Of a stretch of 64,000 bases of DNA, positions 7,909 through 16,394 are shown piece by piece. The position numbers and the translations under genes are program-made. Position 1 is the first letter of the stretch; every line of letters starts with the position of its first letter. The stretch is from the NCBI GenBank assembly GCA_018062285.1, contig JAGOSO010000001.1:32773-96772 (forward strand), given 5' to 3'. A model generated the notes under the pieces. That model was not told where the DNA came from. It was given only the letters and a program-made list of their open reading frames with translations, and did no database searches. The DNA comes from Minisyncoccota bacterium (lineage in GTDB: Bacteria; Patescibacteriota; Minisyncoccia; 2-02-FULL-40-12; GWA2-44-9).

Positions 7909-8995
7909 CATGTTATCAATCGGAATCGTGGGTTTGCCAAACGTTGGGAAGAGTACCCTCTTCAAGGCACTGACCAATAAACAAATAGATATTCAGAACT
8001 ATCCTTTCACCACCATCGACCCAAATGTCGGTGTTGTTGCCGTACCCGATGAGCGTATCGACAAGTTGGCCGAATTCTCGGGGACAAAAAAGAAAGTCTT
8101 CACAACTATCGAATTTATCGACATTGCCGGCCTAGTTAAGGGCGCTTCTCAGGGCGAAGGTTTGGGTAATAAATTTTTAGCCAACATTCGTGAGGCTGAT
8201 GCTATCGCCCAAGTTGTTCGTGCTTTCAACGACGACAATATTACCCACGTTCACAGTCGCGTAAATCCAGCCGAAGATATCGGAATCATAAATACTGAGC
8301 TCATTCTTGCTGACTCTGATACCGTAGCAAAGCGCATGGAAAAAACTTCTAAGCTAGCTCGTGCTGGTGATAAACTTGGTGTCCTTGAAATGGCTGGCCT
8401 TGAAAGATTCAAGAAACAACTAGATGCAGGCAATCTTCTCTATCATCTAACCTTAACGGAAGACGAGCAAAGGTTGATGAAAGAACTCAATCTCCTTACA
8501 GGTAAAAAATTCGTTTATGTTGTAAATGTTTCTGAGGACCAGCTCATTAGTCAGTGGCAGCCACCCCAAGAACTCATTGAGGCTATGGGTGGATCGCCTT
8601 ACGTTATCATGTGCAACAAGCTTGAATTAACCCTCTCTGAAGTTTCTCCGGAAGAAAAAGTTGAATATTTAAAAGAATTTAATCTACCAGAATCTGGCTT
8701 AGACACTTTAATTAAAAAAGGATATTACACTCTCGGACTTTTAACTTTCCTAACCACTGGTGTTGAAGAAACTCGCGCCTGGACCGCTCACCAAGGCGAC
8801 TTAATCCCTGTTGCTTCTCGTGCCATCCACACTGACTTTGAACGCCTCTTTATCCGCGCCGAAGTCATCAACTGGCAAGTCTTATTAGAAGCCGGATCAT
8901 ACGCCAACGCTCGCACCAAAGGCCTCGTCAAAATCGTCGGCCGAGACTACGTTATTCAAGAAGGCGACGTCGTAGATATACTCATTGGTAAATAA
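7909..8995 (+). CDS. ychF: ribosome-binding ATPase YchF (Obg-family GTPase)
   Basis: [22 protein letters not shown] (G1/P-loop), [12 protein letters not shown], and a C-terminal TGS-like domain. The longer track ORF 7394..8995 is an upstream read-through. A TG-extended -10 TACAAT sits 8 nt before the ATG, so the transcript looks leaderless. Confidence 0.9.
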
Positions 8996-9000
8996 AAACG

Positions 9001-9030
9001 AGCTCGGCCGAAGCCGAGCTCTTTTTGTGT
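9001..9030 (+). terminator. rho-independent terminator after ychF (GAGCTCGGC-cgaa-GCCGAGCTC TTTTTG)
   Basis: Perfect 9-bp stem plus T-run immediately after the ychF stop. Confidence 0.65.
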
Positions 9031-9043
9031 TGTTGCCATGACG

Positions 9044-9607
9044 CTAGGCCTTTTTGGCTTTGCGAATCCTTTTTGATCTAATGCAACTCGCCACCAACGG
9101 GATTCTGATAGACAGCCAGTCCTTGAAAATGCTCAAGGCTTCCTTCATCGGACTGGCTCGTTCCCACGAGACCGTCTCGACTGCAATGTCGCCTTCAACA
9201 TTCTCAACCAAGTCTTTTAAATAGTACTGGGCCAGCGTCACGACCCTCAGCGCCCGAGTCGCTTCACAGAAAATAGTGATTCTAAAAGTCTCATTTGTTC
9301 CTCTCTGGAGAGAGTTCCTGATGAACGAGCCGGCATCCTTGATATTCTCAGGGGTGGTATAGGAACCCTCAGAGATATAGAAATACTGGCCAAGGTAGGG
9401 GCCATTCTCCATAATGTACTTAAACATCATTCCACCCTCTGACAAGTGGGGGAACTTCGCCCGTTGGGTAAACCCACCGCAGGTAATGGTGTAGAGTGGC
9501 TGATTCTCTTTCAAGAACATGATCACTCGATCCAGATACGGACGAAGCGGTGAATTCAAGTCGCAGCCATACCCACACACAATCAAAATGGTACGTTTGC
9601 CTTCCAC
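9044..9607 (-). CDS. DUF218 / YdcF(ElyC/SanA)-like protein
   Basis: 187 aa. GTG start with GGAGG 6 nt upstream. ILIVCGYG...ITCGGFTQ...SEGGMMFKYIMENG...ISEGSYTTPENI follows the DUF218 pattern (SGG...sEA..m..yl..G....E..S.nT.eN). Confidence 0.5.
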   Translation of the reverse strand: MEGKRTILIVCGYGCDLNSPLRPYLDRVIMFLKENQPLYTITCGGFTQRAKFPHLSEGGMMFKYIMENGPYLGQYFYISEGSYTTPENIKDAGSFIRNSLQRGTNETFRITIFCEATRALRVVTLAQYYLKDLVENVEGDIAVETVSWERASPMKEALSIFKDWLSIRIPLVASCIRSKRIRKAKKA

Positions 9608-9791
9608 TAACCACCTCCTCGGAATTTACTAGCAATATAATACCACGGTAATTTATACCTGTAAATACTTGACCCAGACCCCATATTTTGATACTATATT
9701 ATCAATTAAATTAATACGTTTTATTCGCTCTTCAGGGTACCCATTAGCGGAAGATCTCCTTCCCTACCTGTCGGCAATCTAACGAAACAAC

Positions 9792-10253
9792 ATGTCGGAT
9801 GTTCGTAGAAATTACGAGTTAGCTTTTCATATCAATCAAAACTTAGAGGAATCTAAGATTATGTCGATTGCAGATGAAATGAAGAACGAGCTAGTTAAGG
9901 GTGGTGCTACTATCAGTTTTGCAAAAGAACCAGAGCGCCAACGCTTGTCTTACGAGATCAAGCACAATGGTGGAAGTTTCTTTGGCTACATTCAGTTCAA
10001 TATGCCTACTGGTAACGAGGATGACAAAGTCAGCTTGGCAGGCGTCGAGGAATACATTAAGCTTAACAATGATATTCTCCGATCTTTGATTCTCCGCCTC
10101 CCATCAGATGCTCAGAAGAGCCAAGCCTTGGAGCGCCAGTTGAAAGCCAAGGAACGACTCGAAAAGCGGGCCCAAACCACAGCCAAAGCCGCTCCAGTGG
10201 TACCTAATGAGAAGTTGGACAAAGAACTCGAAGACGTTATCGGTAAACTATAA
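9792..10253 (+). CDS. rpsF: 30S ribosomal protein S6
   Basis: RNYELAFHINQNL...RQRLSYEIKH...GYIQFNM fits the S6 N-terminal pattern. First gene of the rpsF-ssb-rpsR operon. A TTGACC-N17-TACTAT promoter sits at about 9679-9707. Confidence 0.75.
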   Translation: MSDVRRNYELAFHINQNLEESKIMSIADEMKNELVKGGATISFAKEPERQRLSYEIKHNGGSFFGYIQFNMPTGNEDDKVSLAGVEEYIKLNNDILRSLILRLPSDAQKSQALERQLKAKERLEKRAQTTAKAAPVVPNEKLDKELEDVIGKL

Positions 10254-10265
10254 CAAACCAAAAAT

Positions 10266-10778
10266 ATGAACCTCAACAAAGTTCTCCTCATTGGTCGACT
10301 AACTCAGGACCCAGAAGCTAAAACAACCCCGAGTGGACAAAATGTTGCAACACTCAACATGGCCACTAACCGAGTTTGGAATGATGCCTCTGGCCGCAAG
10401 GAAGCTACCGAATTCCATCGTGTCGTTGCTTGGGGAAAGTTGGGAGACATTGCTTCTAACTATCTCAAGAAAGGCGCCATGGTCATGATTGAAGGTCGTT
10501 TACAAACTCGTTCCTGGGACGATAAGACATCGGGCCAGAAACGCTACATGACCGAAATCATCGCCGAGAATCTCCAGATGGGTCCTCGCGCCACTGGCGC
10601 AGGGTCTGGTTCATTTGAACCATCAGCTGGCGGATACAAACGCCCAACTGAATCAGCCAGTATGCCAGTTACTAAATCAATCGAAAGTGAAATACCAATC
10701 ATTGATGAGAATGAACCTTTGAACGCCGGCGTCGAAGAAGACGAAATGGCTATCAAAGAAAAAGACTTACCATTCTAA
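10266..10778 (+). CDS. ssb: single-stranded DNA-binding protein
   Basis: OB-fold N-terminus MNLNKVLLIGRLTQDPE...HRVVAWGKL..., Gly-rich linker, and an acidic C-terminal tail ending DLPF. Confidence 0.85.
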   Translation: MNLNKVLLIGRLTQDPEAKTTPSGQNVATLNMATNRVWNDASGRKEATEFHRVVAWGKLGDIASNYLKKGAMVMIEGRLQTRSWDDKTSGQKRYMTEIIAENLQMGPRATGAGSGSFEPSAGGYKRPTESASMPVTKSIESEIPIIDENEPLNAGVEEDEMAIKEKDLPF

Positions 10779-10806
10779 AAAATAAATTTAAAAAATACTA
10801 AACAAC

Positions 10807-11016
10807 ATGCACTGCAAACTTTGCGAAGACAATATTGGTCACATCGACTACAAGAACACAAAATACTTGCGACCTTTTGTTACCGCTCAATTCAAAATCG
10901 GCACATCTAAGCGCAATGACCTTTGTGCCAAGCACCAGAGAATGATTGCCAACGCCATCAAACTCGCCCGCTTCATGGCCCTCATGCCATACACCAGAAA
11001 CCAGACAGTTAAGTAA
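10807..11016 (+). CDS. rpsR: 30S ribosomal protein S18
   Basis: 69 aa: CKLCEDNIGHIDYKNTKYLRPFVTAQFKIGTSKRNDLCAKHQRMIANAIKLARFMALMPY is the canonical S18. Confidence 0.85.
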   Translation: MHCKLCEDNIGHIDYKNTKYLRPFVTAQFKIGTSKRNDLCAKHQRMIANAIKLARFMALMPYTRNQTVK

Positions 11017-11029
11017 GTCTGGACCTTAA

Positions 11030-11066
11030 AACAATAAGACCCGCAACTTGGCGGGTCTTATTGTTT
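11030..11066 (+). terminator. terminator after rpsR (AACAATAAGACCCGC-aacttg-GCGGGTCTTATTGTTTT)
   Basis: Long perfect stem plus T-run. Confidence 0.6.
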
Positions 11067-11077
11067 TAAATAATTAA

Positions 11078-11112
11078 AAAGCGGGCAGCTGGAGGAATCT
11101 CCAGCTGCCCGC
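11078..11112 (-). terminator. terminator of the 11122..12312 gene (GCGGGCAGCTGGAG-attc-CTCCAGCTGCCCGC TTTTT on minus)
   Basis: 14-bp perfect stem followed by a T-run on the minus strand. Confidence 0.6.
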
Positions 11113-11121
11113 AACTTCTGC

Positions 11122-12312
11122 TCAACCCCACCTGGCTTCTTTGTCGAGAGGGATGAAGTATGCCACTGACACCTTCGAGGTGAGTCGCCTCGCTCGTCCG
11201 GTATCAATGATGACTCGGTCGCCTTTCGACGGGTACCACCGATGGCTACGATCGTCGAACACATACTTATCCCCGTGGATCGTATTCGCCGCCATCTGAC
11301 GCACGGTACCCCTGGTCTTGTGCTGGAATGAATCCTCATAGACCAGGCCGGTGTTGTAACCAGCCCTGAAAAGCCTCTCGTAAAAGTATTCCCGAGAGGC
11401 ATCCCAGCACCATGTGGACTGCAGATCCTTCTCGCCCGCCTTGATGGCGACCATGAAAAGCGTCATTCCAGGAAGCTTTTCGAGGATGCCTCGACCCGTT
11501 GCTCGATGAGGATCAAGAACGTTCTTGAACACCAGATCGACTGCGAGCTCACAGAGGAGAGTCGTGTTGTTGCCGTCTGCCGCAACCCGAGACACGATCC
11601 GCGCCTTCTCGTCGTTCTGGATGCGAACGAAGTGTCCGAACCCCAGACAGCGAAGCGAAGTGAGGTGTTCCGCCGCCGCCTTGCAGATCTCGACCACCGA
11701 TTCTTCGTCGAGACGCGTTTTGATGTTCTGTTGGTAGCGCAGAACACTGGTCGGAGCCTTGCGGGCCGCCATCAGCATGAGATCTTTCAGCGTGGCATCA
11801 TCAAAGATACTGCCATCTGAATTCGTCGTGCCGAGATCAAGACCGCGCGCGAGGAAGTCGTCCAACATGTTGGAGCATCCCTCGCGAACAACAATCTTGT
11901 CCAGTCGAGCATAGATCATGCCCGCCAGATCTTCGCGAGCAATCCCCGACTCGAGTCCTGCCGCTGCCAGGCCGAGATAGGCGTAGTTGAGACCCAAGTA
12001 GGCCTCACGAACCAACTCGACGCGACGGTCAACCGGCAAAAGGGTGATGAACCCACCTGACAGCGCCGCCCGCACGAAGTGACCGACATCCAGATGATTC
12101 CTCAGAAACACCATCGGATCGATGTCGCCGACCGTAAAGACGTCGGCGTAACGAGGACGGTTATAGTTGAACAACCAGTACGTGCCGACGGAATCTCTCA
12201 CCATGATCTCATCTTCCGTACGGACGGCCTGGCTGAGAAAATCAGCGGTGAGAGTTTTGGAAGCCCAACGGGCCTCCAGCTCAGCGAGCATCTTCTTCGT
12301 GGCTTCAGTCAT
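11122..12312 (-). CDS. hypothetical protein (396 aa), higher-GC accessory gene; shares a 5-prime leader element with the SemiSWEET-like gene at 62171..62458
   Basis: Start set at ATG 12312 (MTEATKKMLAELE...) because GGAGG lies 4 nt upstream. The track ORF's earlier M at 12339 lies upstream of that RBS. I recognise no domain. Predicted helical, about 55% GC against about 43% in core genes. Confidence 0.5.
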   Translation of the reverse strand: MTEATKKMLAELEARWASKTLTADFLSQAVRTEDEIMVRDSVGTYWLFNYNRPRYADVFTVGDIDPMVFLRNHLDVGHFVRAALSGGFITLLPVDRRVELVREAYLGLNYAYLGLAAAGLESGIAREDLAGMIYARLDKIVVREGCSNMLDDFLARGLDLGTTNSDGSIFDDATLKDLMLMAARKAPTSVLRYQQNIKTRLDEESVVEICKAAAEHLTSLRCLGFGHFVRIQNDEKARIVSRVAADGNNTTLLCELAVDLVFKNVLDPHRATGRGILEKLPGMTLFMVAIKAGEKDLQSTWCWDASREYFYERLFRAGYNTGLVYEDSFQHKTRGTVRQMAANTIHGDKYVFDDRSHRWYPSKGDRVIIDTGRARRLTSKVSVAYFIPLDKEARWG

Positions 12313-12391
12313 AGATCCTCCGACGTGCCCTATTAGCACGGTGAGTTAGCGAAATCCAGGTACCGCCTGGCGCGGATCTTACGTTTTCTTG

Positions 12392-12451
12392 GGTTGTTAA
12401 AGAAACCAACCTTGTCTTTATATTATATCATAAAATACACCAAAAAGTCAA
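12392..12451 (-). promoter_or_regulatory. promoter (TTGACT-N18-TATAAT) plus conserved palindromic leader element GGTTGGTTTCTTTAACAACC just downstream of the -10
   Basis: On the minus strand: -35 at 12446-12451, -10 at 12422-12427, palindrome GGTTG-N10-CAACC at 12392-12411, followed by AAAAC GTAAG. The same arrangement recurs at 62506-62564. Confidence 0.55.
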
Positions 12452-12475
12452 TGGCAATTTTGTCTTAAAATCTGT

Positions 12476-12517
12476 ATTAAAAAAGCCCGCAACACGGGTT
12501 ACCATGCGGCGGGCTTG
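12476..12517 (-). terminator. terminator of the 12542..13033 gene; member of a repeated terminator family (AGCCCGCCGCATGGTAACCCGTGTTGCGGGCTTTTTT)
   Basis: Hairpin plus T6 on the minus strand. Similar core ACCCGTGT(T/G)GCGGGC to the terminators at 13132-13170 and 61876-61917. Confidence 0.55.
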
Positions 12518-12541
12518 AAAGTGTGCAAGATAAATCACCAG

Positions 12542-13033
12542 CTAGATCATGTCGATGAGCGAGTCGATGGCCTGAGCCCCCTGGGGCTTACTGGCACCTT
12601 TCTTTGAGGTGCGCCGATCCATCTCTTCCCGAGCCCAGACAAGCAGTCTGTGCATCTCTCCGTAAATCTCAGAGGCCTCTTCAAGATCGATGAGCTCGCC
12701 TGTCCGGCTGGCACCGTCAATCTTGTCGACTTGATCTTCAAGGGTATTGAGGATGTCATCGTGATAGTTAAGGTCGTAGAGCTGGGTCAACTTCTTTTCA
12801 AAAAACTTCGGAGAGTTGCGGAAAAAAACCGCAATAATCTTCCGAACGTCAGCATTGATCTTTACCAGAATCTTGATAGCGCCCGACTCGTCGTTGTTCC
12901 TCTTGAGAGCCCCGGCCCTCTCCAGCTCTTTCTTGATTCCATCGGGCATAACGAAACCCTGAAAAGACTGAGAAAGAACCACCACCGACCTGACCATGGT
13001 CGTCGCCTCTTCTAACGTAAATTGATCAGCCAT
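12542..13033 (-). CDS. hypothetical protein (163 aa), own promoter and terminator
   Basis: GGAGG RBS. Promoter TTGACT-N16-CATAAT at 13080-13107. No recognisable domain. Weak similarity (LVWxRE segment) to the next gene's product. Confidence 0.45.
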   Translation of the reverse strand: MADQFTLEEATTMVRSVVVLSQSFQGFVMPDGIKKELERAGALKRNNDESGAIKILVKINADVRKIIAVFFRNSPKFFEKKLTQLYDLNYHDDILNTLEDQVDKIDGASRTGELIDLEEASEIYGEMHRLLVWAREEMDRRTSKKGASKPQGAQAIDSLIDMI

Positions 13034-13131
13034 CTAAAGCCTCCGGATATAAAGCACAAAAAAAAAGCACAACTCTTGTATTATGGCGTAATAAATAAAA
13101 AAGTCAATAGATACTTATATCTTATTCTGTA

Positions 13132-13170
13132 TTAAAAAGGCCCGCCACACGGGTCGCCGATGGCGGGCCT
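13132..13170 (-). terminator. terminator (GGCCCGCCATCGGCGACCCGTGTGGCGGGCC plus T5), repeated family
   Basis: Near-identical to the terminator at 61884-61916 (GGCCCGCCACGCGGCGACCCGTGTGGCGGGACC on minus). Confidence 0.6.
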
Positions 13171-13192
13171 TTGTGTTGGCGGGCTTGTGAGA

Positions 13193-13624
13193 CTACTTCT
13201 GCTCCATGATCTCGAGCACTTTGTCCAACATCTCTCGACGCGACCGAATCGCAGCGAGATGCCCTTCTTTCTTTCTCTCTGCTTCCTGAAGGACCTTCCG
13301 GAGGGCAAGGAGAAGATCTTCGAGAATGGCCTCTCGCCAAACAAGAGGCTGAGCCTTGAAGTTGTCCATCTCGTCCAGCGACCCGAACTCGCCGGTACGG
13401 TCGACAACAAGTCGGCAATACTCGTGGTGGGGTAGCGGCATCAACACAATAACACGATGCCCACTTGCCGTCAGCCGGTCGATGTACTTCGCAATTGGCT
13501 TAATACTGCCAACCAGCTCAGTGATCATCCGGCACGCTTGATCAACGAATGAGACCTCGTCGGGCCCCTCGAGTTCACTCAGCCTGACTTTCAGGTCTGT
13601 AGCGAAACTGTTGGTCGTAACCAT
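13193..13624 (-). CDS. hypothetical protein (143 aa), own promoter and terminator
   Basis: GAAGGAA RBS. Promoter TTGACT-N18-TATAAT (-35 13722-13727, -10 13698-13703). The terminator-promoter junction is about 80% identical to the one at 12420-12500. Confidence 0.45.
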   Translation of the reverse strand: MVTTNSFATDLKVRLSELEGPDEVSFVDQACRMITELVGSIKPIAKYIDRLTASGHRVIVLMPLPHHEYCRLVVDRTGEFGSLDEMDNFKAQPLVWREAILEDLLLALRKVLQEAERKKEGHLAAIRSRREMLDKVLEIMEQK

Positions 13625-13754
13625 TGTCAGTTCCTTCGATTTTCAATGAGCGAATTTGCTCACGGAAGCCCTATCTCAAGAGCTTCAACGTATTTATATT
13701 ATAGCACAATATATGCCAAAAAGTCAATAGTAATTTTACCTTAAAATTTGTATT

Positions 13755-13846
13755 AAAAAAGCCAACCATACGAGATCCACATGGTTGATCGAGGATCCAA
13801 AAGAAAGGCTATTTAAAAAATAAAACGCCGCGCATTTCGCGCGGCA
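13755..13846 (-). terminator. two consecutive terminator hairpins downstream of the 13907..14191 gene
   Basis: GCCGCGCG-aaat-GCGCGGCG plus TTTTATTTTTT at 13814-13846. CAACCATGTGGATCTCGTATGGTTG plus T6 at 13755-13789. Confidence 0.55.
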
Positions 13847-13906
13847 CCTTTGACCCCCAAGGCTAGGAATCCTCTTTTACGTAGAAGGATACAAACACGT
13901 AACGCA

Positions 13907-14191
13907 CTACCTCATCAAAGCACTCGCTCGAAGGCCGGACGACATTCCGTCGGAGAAAACCCTGGCAATGAGTCTTTCGATCTCGCGGCCAATGCTTCCC
14001 TCGTGCTCGATATTCACTGCCGCGATTGCGCAGAGCGCGTCCATCGCCTCACTTTCAATCGAGATAAAGTGGATGACCCTTTCGCCTCCACCGGCCTCGT
14101 CCAACTGTGCCTGAACTTCCTCACGACTAGAACAGCTCGTGATTGAAGCTTGGACTTCCGAACCCCCAATCGCAGAGAAGTAGATCTTCAT
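13907..14191 (-). CDS. hypothetical small protein (94 aa, MKIYFSAIGGSEV...), translationally coupled to the upstream gene
   Basis: Its ATG overlaps the stop of the 14188..14550 gene in an ATGA arrangement. Looks like a small alpha/beta protein. The track ORF's longer N-terminus is ignored. Confidence 0.4.
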   Translation of the reverse strand: MKIYFSAIGGSEVQASITSCSSREEVQAQLDEAGGGERVIHFISIESEAMDALCAIAAVNIEHEGSIGREIERLIARVFSDGMSSGLRASALMR

Positions 14192-14550
14192 GACCGCTCC
14201 TTGTTTGAGAAGATGATCACTCCACGCTCTAACGGGAAGGCGAAACATTCTACTTTCGGACTAATCGTCTTGGCCATCTTGCCGATCTTGGCCACGAAAC
14301 CATCCAAATGGGCCGGATTCTTCTCCGCGAACCAATGGGCTTCCTCGGACCAAATCTTAACCATGTAAACGCCACAGTTAAGGAAGTTCACCGCCATCGC
14401 GAGCGGACCCATCCATACAGACGGTTCACCGTGCCGGCCAGAATCATTGATGGCAATGACAGGGTTCTCACCCTCTCGAACCATCACCGTCTGGACACCG
14501 TCACTCTGGATGAGAAGCTTACCTCTTTCGGCACCTGATGTTTTCCGCAT
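14188..14550 (-). CDS. hypothetical small protein (120 aa); paralog of the 73-aa product at 61930..62152
   Basis: GGTGGAG RBS. N-terminus MRKTSGAERGKLLIQSDGVQTVMV resembles MRVIFEDSQWLIQIDSTGDLSIL in the other protein. Promoter TTGACT-N18-TATAAT (-35 14647-14652, -10 14623-14628). Confidence 0.45.
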   Translation of the reverse strand: MRKTSGAERGKLLIQSDGVQTVMVREGENPVIAINDSGRHGEPSVWMGPLAMAVNFLNCGVYMVKIWSEEAHWFAEKNPAHLDGFVAKIGKMAKTISPKVECFAFPLERGVIIFSNKERS

Positions 14551-14654
14551 CTTTTTTCTCCACCCGTTAAGGGCATCGTTCGCTCAGGATTGAGACGAAC
14601 TAGGACTTACGCTAACCATGCTATTATACAACACAAATCCCCATTAAGTCAATA

Positions 14655-14680
14655 GTAAAAACAGCACCCGCTTGGGTGCT
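14655..14680 (-). terminator. recA terminator (GCACCC-aagc-GGGTGC TGTTTTT on minus)
   Basis: Hairpin plus T-run immediately downstream of the recA stop. Confidence 0.55.
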
Positions 14681-14693
14681 GTTTTTACTAAGA

Positions 14694-15782
14694 TTATTCT
14701 TTCTCCTCTGCGTCCGGTGCCATAGTGACTGGAGCGACTTCTTCAGAGGCGGCGGCGGCGCGAACTTTGGTGACAATCTCGTTCATAATTTTTGGATTCT
14801 CCTTGAGGAACTGACGAGAACCTTCAATCCCCTGACCAATCTTTTCACCGTTGTAGCTGAACCAAGAACCAGCTTTAACCACGACACCATAACGAACACC
14901 GGCATTTACAACATCAGCGTATTTAGAAATACCTTCGTTGTAGAGAATGTCGAATTCGCAAGTACGGAAAGGTGGGGCAACTTTGTTTTTAACAATTTTA
15001 ACTTTAGTGCGATTGCCCACAATCTTTTCACCAGATTGAATCTGGGCAGAGCGACGGATTTCAATACGAACAGAAGAATAGAATTTCAAAGCCATACCGC
15101 CAGTAGTGGTTTCTGGATTACCAAACATGACACCAATCTTCATGCGAAGCTGGTTGATAAAGATAACGGTAGTCTTTGATTTAGCAACAATAGCAGTGAG
15201 CTTACGCAAAGCGTGAGACATCAAACGAGCCTGAGTACCCATGTGCTGTTGATCCATTTCACCCTCAATTTCAGCGCGTGGAGTTAAAGCGGCAACAGAG
15301 TCGATAACGATAACATCAACGCCACCAGATTTAACCAAGGACTCAACAATGTCTAAAGCTTGTTCGCCTGTATCTGGCTGAGAAATCAAAAGCTGATCAA
15401 TTTTAACGCCGATTCTTTTTGCATATTCAGGATCCAAGGCATGCTCAGCATCAACATAAGCTGCAATGCCACCCTGCTTTTGGGCTTCAGAAACAATATG
15501 CAAACAAAGAGTAGTTTTACCAGAAGATTCCGGACCATAGATTTCGATCACACGACCACGAGGAACACCGCCAACCCCCAAAGCGATATCGAGTGACAAC
15601 GAACCAGTCGGAATAACATCTATATCAACCTTGCTAACTTCACCCAATCTCATGATTGAGCCCTCGCCATATTTCTCCTGTAATTCCTTGACCATCATCT
15701 CGACATTCTTGCCACGACCCTCTTGGACCTTGGCTGATGCCGACTTTTTATCTTCTTTTTCTGAGTGTTTTTTTGTTGCCAT
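14694..15782 (-). CDS. recA: recombinase RecA
   Basis: 362 aa with canonical RecA segments: [33 protein letters not shown] (Walker A), [10 protein letters not shown], and others. Confidence 0.95.
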   Translation of the reverse strand: MATKKHSEKEDKKSASAKVQEGRGKNVEMMVKELQEKYGEGSIMRLGEVSKVDIDVIPTGSLSLDIALGVGGVPRGRVIEIYGPESSGKTTLCLHIVSEAQKQGGIAAYVDAEHALDPEYAKRIGVKIDQLLISQPDTGEQALDIVESLVKSGGVDVIVIDSVAALTPRAEIEGEMDQQHMGTQARLMSHALRKLTAIVAKSKTTVIFINQLRMKIGVMFGNPETTTGGMALKFYSSVRIEIRRSAQIQSGEKIVGNRTKVKIVKNKVAPPFRTCEFDILYNEGISKYADVVNAGVRYGVVVKAGSWFSYNGEKIGQGIEGSRQFLKENPKIMNEIVTKVRAAAASEEVAPVTMAPDAEEKE

Positions 15783-15879
15783 AAAAATAGATTAATTTGA
15801 GCTAATTCATCTTACAAAACGAGTATAAGAATGCAAGTTTACTTATCCCAAAAAGAACGAGCGACGCAAATGCGTCGCT

Positions 15880-16086
15880 CTATGGGGATGACTTTGGGTC
15901 TGAGTTGTCTTTCTTGTCGGGCGGCGCCTCAACGGTGAGCTTCCCGTCACGAACAACAAACACAGCAAGGACCTCGCAGTCCTCCTCTCGAATAACTGAG
16001 GGCTGACGATAAGAACGGCCCTGGTCATCAATCATCAGCATTCGCTGAAACTGTCGAAAAGCACGATGAGGATCTGACATTTTCAC
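15880..16086 (-). CDS. hypothetical small protein (68 aa)
   Basis: AAAGGA RBS 11 nt upstream. Followed by a perfect terminator hairpin GAGCGACGC-aaat-GCGTCGCTC (15856-15880). Has its own TTGTGA-N16-TATTAT promoter at about 16275-16305 and a long leader. Confidence 0.35.
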   Translation of the reverse strand: MKMSDPHRAFRQFQRMLMIDDQGRSYRQPSVIREEDCEVLAVFVVRDGKLTVEAPPDKKDNSDPKSSP

Positions 16087-16344
16087 TATCCTTTCGCGTT
16101 CATGATAGTGGATAGATCGGTAGAGGTCATGATTTCACTCCGCCGAATTTTTTCAACTTCTTCCTTGCACAACTTTCGAATCTTCACAACGAAGACTCGA
16201 CGTCGCTGGCAGTGGCAACATTCACAACCAGACTCAAATCCTGCATGGATAAGCAATGGCATGCCACACTCAACCTTTCTGTTAATAATGAGCTACTAGA
16301 ATAATACATCACCAAACAAAAATCACAAGACTAAATAAACCCGC

Positions 16345-16375
16345 CAGAAGAGCGGGTTTATTATTGGTCGAGAAT
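16345..16375 (-). terminator. ftsK terminator (AAACCCGC-cagaaga-GCGGGTTT ATTATT on minus)
   Basis: Hairpin plus a T-rich run. Confidence 0.5.
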
Positions 16376-16394
16376 GAGATTTTGATTCAGCGGA

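Noticed and set aside
12313-12339. Upstream M1 start of the 11122..12339 track ORF.
   Set aside because: The GGAGG RBS lies downstream of that ATG and 4 nt before the ATG at 12312, which is taken as the start.
12392-12411. Calling the GGTTG-N10-CAACC leader hairpin a class-I preQ1 riboswitch.
   Set aside because: Only the general architecture matches (5-bp stem, A-rich tail, possible 3-bp pseudoknot). The conserved loop nucleotides cannot be verified by eye, so it is reported only as a shared cis-element.
13100-14660. Recurrent GTCAATAG strings considered as additional NrtR half-sites.
   Set aside because: They are the cTATTGACt extended -35 regions of ordinary promoters. None has the matching ACAC arm at N7 spacing.
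16102-16299. Small ORFs in the long leader between ftsK and the 68-aa gene, including a 58-aa Cys-rich reading frame on the minus strand.
   Set aside because: It has a weak, distant RBS and no conservation evidence, so it is more likely a 5-prime UTR. It is mentioned only as a possibility.
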